Part shown: one piece after another, positions 1-12,708 of the stretch
How the letters are laid out: each line of letters opens with the position of its first letter
Numbering within the stretch: position 1 is the first letter of the stretch
Assembly: GCA_020536535.1 (NCBI GenBank)
Contig: JAHLWZ010000751.1
Span: forward strand, 1 to 64,000
Length of the DNA stretch: 64,000 nucleotides
Origin: Pelomyxa schiedti
Lineage: Eukaryota > Protista > Evosea
Reading direction: 5' to 3'
Made by a program: the position numbers and the translations under genes
Notes under the pieces: model-generated
Databases searched by the model: none
Told to the model about the DNA's origin: nothing
Seen by the model: only the letters and a program-made list of their open reading frames with translations

Positions 1-80
1 AACACCGTGTTAGAATAAAGAGGAACTTAGAAATTTTCTAGATCACGAAAGTTTCATCACCCTGTAAATCGGTTTTTGGG

Positions 81-166
81 GAAATAACTCGAGTTATCAG
101 GGGTAAACTCGATGTGGAAAATGAATTCATGCAGAAATAACTCGAGTTATCAGGGGAAAACTCGAT
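81..166. repeat. 33-bp direct repeat (2 copies), each containing a perfect 14-bp palindrome
   Basis: gaaataactcgagttatcagggg(t/a)aaactcgat at 81-113 and 134-166, 1 mismatch; internal palindrome ATAACTCGAGTTAT at 84-97 and 137-150. Confidence 0.9.
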
Positions 167-610
167 TTATTGGGTCTCCACCGAAGTCGTACCCCAAAAA
201 CTAGACTTTGTTCCATTCAAAGTACAAATATTCGTCCACACCTTTGCACCGAATGGCATTGTCTACTTTCCAAGTTTGTTTTGAGCTTACAGGCCCTGGG
301 TCAATCACAAGGAGTGGGATGAATCTGAATTGACAGAGATGAGTGTGTTTTGTTATCTTGCTTGAACTGACCTGACTGAACTCATTGACTAGCTGAATGA
401 ATTGAATTACTGACAAATAATTGTGCACAGGAAAAGTTGCTGACTTTTATGTCGTCGTGTCAGATGAAAACGATTGTTTTGCCCTGGGCAGAAGTTTTTT
501 AAAACAAGAGGCTTTTCCTGAGGAAAAATTTTCACCTTTTATGAACCACATATGTGGTATGCTCTCTATTACAAGTCGTGGGTACAGCTGCAATCATTCC
601 ATGTGGTAAA

Positions 611-967
611 GTCAAAGATGCACGGAGGCATGTGTATGTAAGCACTGTTTCTACTTAGTAACGTTATCCCCAAGGTCACCACCTGTAAATGTTGCTCCTT
701 ATCTATTCATGGGGCAATGATTATGTAAGGATTGGAACACTAGTGCTCGCTCTGCACAATGTGTTCATCACCGTGTTGAGATGTGCAAACAAGCTCAGGT
801 TCGTTAAGACGATCAGCAAGAGTGTTTTTGCTGATGTCAACTTTAGTAACATGGTGTTCAATAATTCTTACCATTACAAAGAATCCTCCTCCTCCATTCC
901 ACAAAGGCAGCAACTTACACACGCATCCTCTGCAGCTGGCTCCATAGGTTCGACCAATGCATCCTGA
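611..967 (+). pseudogene. decayed TLC/Lag1-domain ceramide synthase fragment
   Basis: Frame at 674 reads GHHL*MLLLIYSWGNDYVRIGTLVLALHNV, matching the Lag1p motif (HH..T..L..FSY....R.GTL.L.LHD); in-frame TAA at 686-688 and HD changed to HN. Confidence 0.65.
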
Positions 968-1197
968 TCGGCTCTTCGACTTCGACTTCGCGTTTTTCTG
1001 TTTTGTAGCAGCTTTTTTCGCGGATTTGATCGCTGTCTTCTAACCTAAACAACAAACTTTATTTCCATTCTAAAACTTCGAATTTATTTTAAAATAACTT
1101 TTGGATTTTCGTTCCCTTCCAACCTGCATTTATTCCGTTTCATGACAGCTTTGTTCGGCTCTTAGGCCCGACATCTCAGCTTTTTTTTTTCCATTCG

Positions 1198-3452
1198 ATG
1201 AGCACCTGTTCGTCAATGAAAGGGTGTGCTGTGGTTGGGGTGTCGCGCGTTGTGTGGGACGCCGTGGTGTGCCCTGGGTGGCTCGGCGACCGCGGGGCCA
1301 ACGTTCGCGGGGCCAAGGCGGCGCGGTGCGACGCGGAGCTGTTCCGGCTCGCGGAGGCGATGTTCCCCCTCGTGGCGCTCGCGTGCAGGCGCGCGATGGC
1401 CAACGCCGCGGCCGCGAGGGGCCCGGGGTCCGACCCGGCCTCCGGGTCGTACGACGCGCTGGCCGGCGCCGCAATGGCTCCGAGCGCCTCGTGCGTGTCT
1501 TGGATATTGGCCAGCCGCAGGGCCCACCGCCGGCGCACAGGAAGAAGCCGCGACGCCCATAATGACGGGCGCGAGCCAGACCCAGTTGTGATCAAGGAAG
1601 TGGCGGCGGTGATGCACGGGCTATGCATTGGAGACAATTTGGCGGAGGCACGGCGGCTATTTGGCGATTATGGGACGGTGGTGACGGGCACTCTGCCGCT
1701 GCTTTGGGATGGACGGCACGTTGCCGCGTGGGCAGAGGCCGCTGCTAATTATGGGGCATCAGCAGGAGACACAGCGGAGACCAACACGTCGACACTGAGG
1801 GCGAGGGTGATGGAGTACGTCAAGGCAGGATGTGGGAAATACGGCGTGATCGATGCCGCGTTCAAATTTGGGAGTCTGGAACTGTGCAAGTGGCTGGTGG
1901 GCATCCTCGGAATTGTGCGGGATGAGTTCCCCTGGATCCTGTACTGGCCCCTGCACTCCGCTGCTGGTGCTGGGAACATCCCGGTGGCTGAGTGGCTGCT
2001 GGGCGACTGCGGGCTGGCTAGTTTACCTCAGATGCTTCTGCGGTTGCTGCCCGAGGCTTGTGGGAGGGGTAAGAACCCCGCCGGGGTTCGGCGGCTTATT
2101 GAGAGGTTGCCCGTTGACCTGGATAAGCTCAACCTGTTGCTGCAATTTATGATGAACAAGCATTGCCGCGTTGAGGAGTGCCAGTGGGTGGTATCTCTGA
2201 TGGAGGATTTAAGATGGGTACCAGGTCTTGGTTCAATCAAGAATCCAGATACTGCAAAATGGGCCCTGAAGACACTCAACGGTTCCAAAACCCCTGAAGT
2301 GATTAATAAACTATGCAAACTCCATGGGGATGCGGCCATGGCGGAGTGGCTTCTTAGTGAGGGGTACCTCAAGCCAACTCCATCATCGTTTGTGGCAGCA
2401 TGTTCTGTTTCAAGAAAACGGGGTTCTTCCTTGGCAAGGTGGGTATTACCAAAGGTTACACTGTCTCAATCTGACATCGTCAGCTCCCTCAAGACGTCAC
2501 TCAATTCAAGCAACATTGAGGTTGCTGAATGGCTGCAGGAGAAATTTCATGTAATGGATTCCATCAACTCCGATCTAGAAGATGACTAACCATGATGGAG
2601 ACAGTGTGAAGTGGTTCATTGAGCATCTATCACCTTCTATCAAGGGCTCTCAGCAGTTCGTCCATGACGCCATGTTGGAAGCACTCAAGCACATCCACCA
2701 GGGGGATGTGGCAGTGCTCTTGCAGTCCTTCCTGGACTTTGAACCACAAAGATACCCAGATATTTTCAAGAAATTGGTTGTGGAGACACTGAGTACCAAT
2801 GTGAAGAATGTCCAGGACCTCCTAGGCCATGGTGGTACCTTGTCAACCACTGAGTTTGTTGCCGAGTGCCTGACTTCTAAGTCATTTACACCTTCCTCAA
2901 GCAAAATTGTCAAGTGGGTCATCTGCCATTTCAGACTGAACTATGACCAGGTAAAAGGGGATAATAATGCCCTCCTGTCCAAGCTCTTAGGCACGAGGAA
3001 GAACCTGTGTGCAGAGTGGTTCATTGACTACTATAATATCCCTCTCTCTGATGTATGTGTCCGCATAACCAACAATCAAGATAACGCAACGAACCAACCA
3101 ACAAACAAACAACTGGTACTTATTAATTTACCATCAAACACAGATTGTTGATATGATGAGGCAGCGGCTCTTCGGGATCTTCCAAACCGTTGACCTTTCA
3201 TCATGGAAAATGCTACTCACCAGGTTTTCCGGCGGAATCGAGGCGGCGATGATGCGAGACAAGGAGCTCCTACACTTTGTGGGGCAGTCGCCACACATTG
3301 CCTTGCACACAATCCTACGGCTGAATTGTGGGATCACGATTGACCAAGTGCGCAATTATTGCGCCTCTCTGAGAAAGAACAACCTGCCGTGTGACGTGAG
3401 GCTGTGGCTTGGGTTGTTCGAGGGCTTCACTTCTGACACACTGCTGTTTTGA
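1198..3452 (+). CDS. divergent ankyrin-like helical-repeat protein (lineage-expanded type), frame break near 2550-2589
   Basis: Repeated ankyrin-like motifs (AAFKFGSLELCKWL, SAAGAGNIPVAEWL, SLNSSNIEVAEWL). Intron 3053-3143 joins ORFs 2582 and 3153 in frame. The ORF1/ORF2 junction needs either a 28-nt intron (2551-2578) or a frameshift. Confidence 0.6.
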
Positions 3453-3563
3453 TTTCGCGATTTTGGTGGAAAACAAAAAAACTGCCACGTACTTTTTCGA
3501 GGGCAAATTCACAACGACAAGAGAAGGACACAGACAACGAGTGCCTTGTGCGGTCTTAACCAT

Positions 3564-5560
3564 AATGGGCCGGCAGCAAGCCACTGCTGCCGGCACTACC
3601 GGCAGCCGCGGGAGTGTGCCACGAGGCGTCGCGGTCGGCTACGACGCGTTCAGTCCCCGATTTGTACTTTAAGAGACTGGCGATATCGCCGACGTTCATA
3701 GGACCCCACGAGTATCGTCGTTTACATAGGTATTTCTGTCATTTTACGGATAGATTACCAGAAGAGTACTGTACAGTTCTATATCAAGCTCGATAATATT
3801 TCCTCTCTTCCGTGTGTTTCTTAACCCAGGTGCAATCGTTTTAATTGCTTTTTTTTTTTTAAAAAAGAACATGGAGCAGGCAATACTCATTGACTTTAGT
3901 TGTGCCAAGAAATTCCCTCCCAATTCATTTGAGAGAAACAACGAGTTTTATTGGAAATGTGGGGAATTAGAAGCACCTTAGATACTGAACGTAATGGCAC
4001 AATACACACAACACCCAGACCTCAGTTCGGTACTCAATTGCGAAAAGGTGCCCAAGATTCTTTTTTTTTTTTTTCTTTTTTCTACCCAATCTTCTTTCTA
4101 CGTATGGAATAACTAAAGAACGCCCAAACGGCAACCATCATTTGAACTTGGGTGCATTTTATTTGAGCTAGTGACATGTGGACAACAACACTGCCCAATT
4201 ATCCATCAACTTGTGGACCAAGTGGGAAGATTACGTATTCATTTGAGAGCCAGGAAATGCTTCCATCAGAGCTCCCAGAACAGCTCCGCCATCTCCTGCG
4301 TTCATTCCTTCAGTTTGACCCTGCAAAAAGGATGCCTCTTTTGGAAGCATCCCAAGTCTTGGAAACGTTCGCGATGTTTCCAGTCCTTGTGAACTTCTAT
4401 CATTTTACAACACTGGGCTTGTGGTAACTGGAGATGCAGGTTTGAAAACAAGAAGAGGTTTATCAGTGAATCAGGGTATGTGACACTCAAGGCAGTTTGC
4501 CAGATTCTCAGTGGTAAATCAACACTGGAGGCCGGTGTGGATACCCTCCTCAGTGCTCTGGGAGCTGAGCCTTCCTTTTTAACCTACTTTGTTGGTTCTA
4601 CATTACCTCCCTCCTTATGAAAACCAATATTTGGTTACACTATGCAAAAAAGGAATCACCTAAGCCCTTGGATCGAATAAGGCAAAATTGACAAACTGAT
4701 GTGGCATTTGTTAGAGCCATCATCAACCAGCAACACACGACGACTCTGTAAGAATTGGGTTTGAATGTACTGTGGACAAGGCATATTTCTGGGGAAGATA
4801 ACTACAGGGACCACACTGTGCAATTACTCTTGGCGAAAATTCGCAGATCAGTTGCCACAGCAGTGACACCTTCCAGTTCGGCTTCTACATCATCTCTCTG
4901 TTTTTGAGGAATATTATTAATCCACAAAATCAGCTGATTATGTGGAATATTGGCAGCGCATTGGCCTAATTTCAGATGCTCGATCACATTACTACTCCTT
5001 ACACGACTACAACTGCTTTGATGGTGTGAAACAAATGTGCCTTCCCAACTGACATTTAAAAAGGAGGAAAGGTACATCAGAGCTACCTTCCCGGGTTATT
5101 GTATTGTGTCTTTATGGCGTGTTTGACCACGCCGGAATCAAGAAACGTGCCGTAGGACCTTTCATTTTCTCGGTTTATCTCCTCTTCCATTTCATTAAGA
5201 GCATATTGTATGTCTGTACTGGTAGATGACAATGTCGCAATGTCTGAGTACAATAAAGAGGTCATTTCTGAACGGTCTGACCTCCTTAATACTACTTTCA
5301 GTGACTCGAGGGCAATGACTAAACTCGGTGTGCTCTATGAAAATGGCGATGGTGTGGACAGGGACATAACAAAAGCTGTAACTCTACCAAATGGGAGCTG
5401 ATGCTGGTGAGCTGGCAGCAATGAACAGCCTCGCTATCTGTTATTCAAATGACTGTGGTGTTGACCAAGACCTGAGGCATTTTCAAATGGCACTGGTGTT
5501 GGCAAGGATACTGGAATGGCCATTACACTTTACAAGAAGGCTGCCTAGTAATGACTGCGA
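3564..5560 (+). pseudogene. fragmented protein kinase plus Sel1-repeat gene
   Basis: Kinase C-lobe remnant LRHLLRSFLQFDPAKRMPLLEA (ORF 4176). Sel1 repeats AMTKLGVLYENGDGVDRDITKAVTL / ADAGELAAMNSLAICYSNDCGVDQD / FSNGTGVGKDTGMAITLYKKAA* are broken by frameshifts and a stop. Confidence 0.6.
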
Positions 5561-5775
5561 GGCACTTGTATCTGAACAGAGGTATTCTTGGGCACAGAAT
5601 TCTATTTCGTCACCGCAGTTGACCCCTGAAAGTTGCCCAAGTCAGTCTCTCAACTTGGATTTGGTTCCCGTAAGAGACGGCAAGTGGCTTGGAATCCATT
5701 GTACGGAATATGGGATGAATTGCATTTAAAAAAAATAACCAACAGCTTCAAAAAAAAGTAAAAAAATCGCTAGCG

Positions 5776-6864
5776 ATGCGAAAACAGAAATCAGCCGCAG
5801 ACCGCCGGGAAAGTCAACAACAAGGAGACGAGAACCACCCCAGCACCGAGGCACCGACACCACAGGAACCCGAAAACAAACGATCCGCGACCCGCAGCGC
5901 GAGGAGCAAGGTCTCGACTCCCCCAAGCCCCGTTCTCCCACAAGTCGGACCATCCCACGATCCTGGCTCTCCGACCGCGAGTGGTACCTGGCAGCCGCCC
6001 TTGCTGGTTGCTCCGCCCGATTTCGTGCCCCCACCCTCCTCGTCGGCGCCAACCCTCGTTCCCCTCGACTGTACGTTGCCACGCGGGTGTATACCATCAC
6101 AGAGGTCGCTTGGAGTGAAGGCAATTTTCGAGCTCCTTGGGGGTGAGGAGATACGGGAACAGAAACGAGGTGAGGGAGTAAAGAAGCAAGCGACCGACGC
6201 TTGGTACATCCCCAAAGCCGACATCTTTGGAGGATCTGGCAGGTGGTGCTTTTCTCCGACTAGGGAAGGATTGCTTTACGAACGGGAAGTCAGCAATTCG
6301 GCCGAGCCAGGCCCAATAGACTACACAAAATACGAAATAATTCGATTAGACTGTGGAACTTACTTTGGTGTTGTCAGTATGTTAAGTTTTCTTCCAGCCA
6401 TTTTACTTATAAGATACAGAGCAAAACAGTGCAACCCGTGCGCTGCCTGCGATCCGCGTCAAGCGCGAAGGCGAAAAAAGAAGTTCCAGGTATCTCGTTG
6501 AGGTGGATGGTAAAGATTCTGGATACATTGGTAATCCCGCAAATTCATCTCCTACCTACACTCACAAAAATTGACAGTTATCCCGCAGCTGAGAGGCCTC
6601 TTTAACACTATGACCACTATAACCACTATGACAGCAACCCCTTCAAAGAGCTCGGACAACAACGGAAGTGACAACGTACAAGCTCCGCCCCCTCCACTCC
6701 CATCATTACCAAACGCACAAGAGAGTGAGCAAGATAATGATCCCTTGCAACTGTGGGCAGCCACGCAGGACTCTCAGTCCGTCGATGCCGCCCTTCATGG
6801 GGGTACCCCTGTAGAAATCTCCTTGTTTCAACAGTTCTTCAATAAAAATTCCTACTCTTCTTGA
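5776..6864 (+). CDS. hypothetical Pro/Ser-rich protein, at least 3 exons
   Basis: GT-AG introns 6377-6413 and 6531-6577 join ORF 5776 to ORF 6571 in frame; no family recognised; 3' end uncertain. Confidence 0.5.
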
Positions 6865-6881
6865 TTTACAAGACGTTGAAC

Positions 6882-9800
6882 ATGAGTGGCGCCGAGGACA
6901 CTGAGCCGCCGCCGTTGAATCACGGCGGGTCTAGGGCCGAGCTTGAGACTCTGAGGTGTTCCTCTTTTCCTCTGGTTTGTTGTAGTTGTAGTAGAACGTC
7001 GTAAGTGATGATCGGCCGAAACTTCTCTTTCTCGCACGAATACTACCGCCAGTACACTTCAACAAAAGAATTCATTATAAAGTTATTTAACCCAACTGTT
7101 GTGACTGTATATAAACCTTCTCCTTTGTAGGCAGTTCCACCTCACACAGGCAACCACAATGCCCTATCAAACATCTCCTCAGAGTGACCCCGAATTTAGC
7201 GATGTAATACCCGAAAACAAAACTCCAAACTGTGAACAGCAAAATGACAAAAGTACTGCACCTGTGGTAGAAACAGCACCCGCTCTTGTCAATTCTGACA
7301 CTAGCTCTGTGTTACAAGAAGATAATTCTATTGGGCAAGCTTTGTGCTCATGCCCCAACGAATTTCAGCACCCCCTGGCAACCTCTGAACCACAAAATCT
7401 TCTTCCCATAGTGGCCTCAGATAGGCACACTGACGCCACTTTACGAAAGTCTGAGGAACAGAATCCTGTTAATCGAACTCCACCCCGGCAGTTTGTTGGA
7501 CTTAGCAGTGCAGTAACACATCTCTCTCCTACTGCCTGGGCTGGTGCTGAAACACACAGCGCAGAAATTCTCCTCTCTGGGGAGAAACGTGTGCTTGCAG
7601 GTGTGAAATTTCATCCTCGCTTTAAGAAAAATTAACATTAGCGATAACGGAATGTTAAGATAATTAACATGTATCAATGCTTGGTCTCAAAACTATCATA
7701 AAAGTTGATGCACGGTGCAATAACAGGAAGCCTGACCAAGGAATCCTACTCGTTACGTCCTATAGGGTTGTCTATGCAAATTTTGCAGTACCCCGCTCTT
7801 GTATCTCTTCAGCAAGGTTGTACACAGTTTCTGCAAGATACAAATTTAAAGAACTTCAGTTGGTCATCCAGAAGGAAAAAGCTTACTCTCAGATGCAAAG
7901 ATTTTCGAAAAATCTGTCTTCATTTTAGTGGACACAAATCTGCACTCTGTGAAGTCCTGGATCAGTGGTTAAATACTGTGGTGTTTTCTTCTAATGTGGA
8001 GAAATTATTTGCCTTTAAAGATAAAACACGCTTTCCATCAAATGGATGGCTGGTACGTTCTTGACTCACTTGCTTCCAAGACCCAACGTTTTCCCCCAAG
8101 GTTTACAAAGCTGAGGATGAGTATCGCCGGCTTGGGGTCATTGCAAATGGCTGGAGATTGAGTGCTGTTAATTCATCATACTCTATTTGCGCTTCATATC
8201 CCAGGTAGAGAGTGTATCCTCTCTTGCAATGAGTCCTACAACAGAGTTGCTGCAACAGAGTTTTGTGTGTTCCTTCTGATGCCTCTGACGCACTCTTATG
8301 TAACGTTGTGGAATTCAGAAAGGGTGCGCATGTGAAGCCAGTTTTTTCACCCTAATTGCTATAGCTGGTCGTATCCCAGTCCTTACATGGAGGCACCCTG
8401 TAAGCTGTGCGGCCCTCCTGAGATCAGCGCAGCCTTGTGTTGGTATCTTATCAAATAAAAGCATTCATGATCAAGTTCTGTTGTCCATGGCAAGAAACGC
8501 TTCACTAAACAAGGAGCCATTTGTTATCCTTGATGCTAGGCCTCGTGTTAATGCAGTGATCAACAGAGCTAGTCAAGTAAAGAACTTTTTTGAGTTGACC
8601 AAGCTAATTCTTTCAGGGTGGGTCAGAGGATGTTGCTCTGTACGAAAATACCGAGCTCCAATTTCTTGGGGTTAAACAATATTCCCTCTTTGTTGTTTGC
8701 CTTGTGACAACCAATAGGTGGAAAACATTCATGTTATAAGGACCGCGTATGAAAAATTGGGTGAATTTTGTCTCTCATTGACCAAAGAAGAGGCATGTGT
8801 TGGGCCAAGGTGCAAGTCCCACTTACTTGATGAACAGGTCAAGTGCGAATCAACTTGGAGAACACGCCTGGATGCAACTAAATGGTTGGATCACATTTCT
8901 CAAATACTGCAAGGCGCGCAACTTGTAGTCAATATGTTGGAGCGTGGAAGTTCTTGTTTGGTTCACTGCTCAGATGGCTGGGACAGGACTTCCCAGATAT
9001 GCGCAATTGCAATGCTTATTATGGATCCCTTTTATCGCACGATAAAGGGCTTTGAGGTGAGCATTTACCTCTTGCATGCAATTTACATTATTCGATTTTC
9101 CAGGTACTTGTTGAAAAGGATTGGCTGAGTTTCGGACACATGTTTAATGTTAGAGTTGGTCACGTTCAAGTACCCAACACACCTTCGGCTGTGGAATCTG
9201 AGAGATCCCCGATTTTCGTGCAATTTTTGGACTGTGTGTTCCAACTTATGGAACAAAACCCGTACTGCTTCGAATTCAGCGATGTCTTTCTGTGTGACGT
9301 GGCTTCTGCAGTCCATTCTTGCAGATTTGGCACTTTTCTATGTGATACTGAGCAGCAACGGATGACACTTCGTTTGAGTGAAAGAACAAACTCTTTATGG
9401 TCGATGATCAATTCTGTATCCACACAATACCTCAACCCGCATTACACAGGGAACCAAAACGTTGACAACACCACTCCTCTGTGCCAAGTACTTGACTTGC
9501 AAGTTTCTTCTGATCCTACCCAACTGCGGCTCTGGAAGTCTTTCTATGTGAGGGACTGTGATATCTTCCTAAACCTTAGAGATGTTCACTGGGACACTGC
9601 AGTGCTAGGCAAACCAGCCCAGTTATTGTTGTCATCAAAGCCCGAGACAGAATACGGATGGAGTCAGCAACTTTCAGCAGGGATCTCTTGCCTAAAAGGT
9701 GGCCTTGGGTTCTTCCCCGCCACTCGTGAACCTCCTGTTATTAACACTACGGATTCCCCTGTACCGATCATAGCGTTTCCAAAACAGACTGAGGTAGCAC

Positions 9801-10732
9801 CTCAAAGGGATGTCCATGACCCAAAACTTCCTGAAGATAATGACATGAAGACCACTACAGTCCAAGACCCCTCAACAGTTATCACCTCCCCTGCCCTTTT
9901 GAAAATAGGGAACTACGAGCAGCAATTACTCTGTGAGCGAGTACGTGTGCTTGAGGAAGAGAACGCGGAACTGCGTGCCAAGTGCGCTCTTCTTGAGCGT
10001 AAAGTTGCTGAACTTGAAGGTGGCTCGGCCAGTTCAAATAGTTCAAGTACAGAACCACCCAAGAGGACCCCTTCGCCACCCGAAACACCACAGGAACCAG
10101 AGCAACCGCAACTCATCACGAAACTTCTCCCAGCAGAAACACAACAACAGGAAATTAACGCTGTTCCACCGTCGCCTTCTCCCATCCAGTTACAATTCGC
10201 ACCAGAACCACAGATCACACCCCAGCTCGAGCGGAGCGTCTCCCCAAAACCGCAGCAGCAACTCACGCCAATACCGCCGAAGCCGGGCCAGAAGGCACCC
10301 ACGCTACGGGGCTCCGGCACCATGGCCGCCACCGCCGTCGCCTTTCCCAAGGCGGCCAACACACCACCGCTGCCCACCGCGCAGCCTACGCGGGGGCTCT
10401 TGTCCGCAGCGCTGCCGATGCTAATGGGCGGACTCGGCGGGGGGCTAGGCGGGGGCCTGGGGGGCCCGCTGACCTGCCCGCTGCCCCTCACCCCCGAGCC
10501 CCGCACTCCCTCGCCCGCGCCCGCGCCGGTTCCTGTGCCAGTGATACACAGCAACTGCAGCGGCTTTTCCAACAACACCCAGACACCCCCCAAGGTTGTG
10601 TTCCAATTCCCCCTGCAGCTCATTGATGACTACTACAGCGAGTCGTACACGTCGTCCAATCCAACAACCCCTTGCACACCAACACAGCCAACAACTTCAT
10701 TGAACCAAAGGAAACCTCCTTCTTCATCCTAA
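6882..10732 (+). CDS. myotubularin-related phosphoinositide 3-phosphatase (PH-GRAM, PTP domain, coiled coil, Pro-rich tail)
   Basis: Intact HCSDGWDRT active site (8964-8990); motifs GRIP.LTWRHP, LLRSAQP, ILDARP, ENIHVIR, SPIFVQFLDCV. Introns 6956-7130 and 7601-7704 give an open frame from ATG 6882. Confidence 0.93.
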
Positions 10733-10810
10733 GAGACAGTCCATTGTAAAAAAAATAAGCTTTTTTGGAAACATAACAAAAAATACAACACTGTGAATTT
10801 TGGGGGCTGG

Positions 10811-12465
10811 TTACAAGGTTGCTGGAAATGAAAATGATTTCCTTAGTAATTCTTCTGGTGGCAAGTCCCACTCACGCAAGCGTTTGAAAATGGCTACACA
10901 TTCTTCAAAAGTCTTCTGTAAAAGCTTGCCTATTTGTTTTTTGTGGTGAATGAAATGGAAATGACGGGAAGTGCACACTTTGAAGGCATTTCAGAATTGC
11001 CAAAGCAACACCCATCATCATATCAATTCCTTCCATCCACATTACATCCCACAATCTAGCACACATTTCATGGGAAAGTGTGTTCACAAATATAACAGAT
11101 AGCCATTCCTTAGTAATGATAAGTGTCATTCACACAGTTTGGTTTCTACCTTGATGTAGATAGCAGAGGACGTGATGGCTTCATGGCTCTGTAGAAATAT
11201 TGAACAAAGAAAAGGTGAAAAAAGAATCTTACGAAATGATCATAAAGGGCCGGCATATGAAGTCTCAGTAACGTTTCAAACCGGAGGGTGCAGGTGTGTA
11301 ATCCAGGTAACCCCTTTATAAAAAACCCTCTCATGTTGTATCTGCTGTCATTGAGCAGCTGAACTAGTACCCTGTCGAGATGTTAATGGAAATGTGGTTA
11401 TTTATTTCTATACTTGGAATGTGATGTACCAGAAGGCGTCTTCTTCTTGCAGGTACATGAGCAGGAAATTGACTATCTTGTCAAGTCCCCAGAAGTAGCA
11501 AATCTCTGGGTCGTAGAGAGTATATGCTTGGATGACATTCTTCACTCTTTTAATTTGCATCAGCAACGGAAAGTGTAGTTCTTTCATGTAACCTATAACC
11601 AAGAGCGTCGCGATTGACAGTATCTTTGCACGCCATGGTAATAGTGCGGTCCCAAGGACAGGGTTGTGCAAGTAATTCCTGTAAAACATTAACTTTTTCC
11701 AAGTGGGGGAAAAAGGATGACACCTTATAAATCATGTTAGAGCGTGTTGGGGAAGGAGTTGCTAGCGGAACTCCAGATAGCATATACCAGGCCCTGCTGC
11801 GTAAACAGTCCGGTATCCCTTTACAACAACGATCGTACAACTGTACTTAATAAGTGGGGTTTGAGTGCTGATAATCGCCAACCTTCCTTGGTTTAATTTT
11901 GGTGACATAGTCCCAATTAGAAAGCATTTCTTTCCACTTAAAAATTCTTCTGCGCTCCAGGTCAGTTGGCACAGTGGTCACTATGGGGCGGCATCTGAAA
12001 CTAAAGTCAACCTATTTCATGGAAAGGCTTGGGAATTACATTGTGGTTGGAGCAAGTAATGGCATTGAACAAACTGTTTGCCACCTCTTACACACACGCG
12101 AAGCTACCACAATGGCGCGATAGTCCAAGTAGGCGAGAATTCTGATCAAAACTTCGTTTCCCAAACTATCAAATGGAGCTTAACGTGTAAAAGTCAGATA
12201 AAAAGCCAGGAAAAGAGTGCACGACACCGTATTCGTGAATGTTGGGTAAGTCCACAATGGCAAGAATTTCGTAGGTGAAGTCGTACTCGCACTCAACTTT
12301 CGGGATCAACGCATGGTCCTTTCGACGTTGTATTTTGTGGACGAGTTTTGTGTCTTCCACAGGTGCAACACAAGACTTTGCCCTTGAGATCTTGGGCTGC
12401 GTCACAACGGACCGGCCGTTGTGCTTGGAATGCTTTTGTTTTTTCTCAGATCTGGAAGCAGGCAT
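10811..12465 (-). CDS. TBC-domain (RabGAP-fold) protein lacking both catalytic fingers
   Basis: KGIPDCLRSRAWYMLSG, AYTLYDPEICYFWG, LLMYLQEEDAFW, KEWLSVIFVNTL..EMCARLWDVMW; multi-exon. Confidence 0.85.
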
Positions 12466-12708
12466 GAGGTTTCTTTTCTTTGTTTTTTGTGATATTGGGC
12501 TCGCTGATCAGCCCATCACAACTATATTTCATCTCTCATAGCTTTCGAAGAATGATCTGAGCAACAACCCCCACCCCTCAAAACCCCCAAAAAAACGTGT
12601 CGCAATGAAAAATTAATGACAAAACTTTTTTTTGTTTTTGTTTCTCACAAGTACAGGTGTGTGGGTATATTACAGTAACCATCTGGTTTTGTGGGTGCCA
12701 TTCCGGGA

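Noticed and set aside
81-166. Possible CRISPR array
   Set aside because: Only two repeats with a 20-bp spacer, no cas genes, eukaryotic context.
1130-1637. Several overlapping Arg/Pro/Ala-rich ORFs
   Set aside because: Shadow frames of a GC-rich exon; the same applies at 21.4-22.4, 37.5-38.2, 42.0-42.7, 45.0-45.6 and 53.3-54.0 kb.
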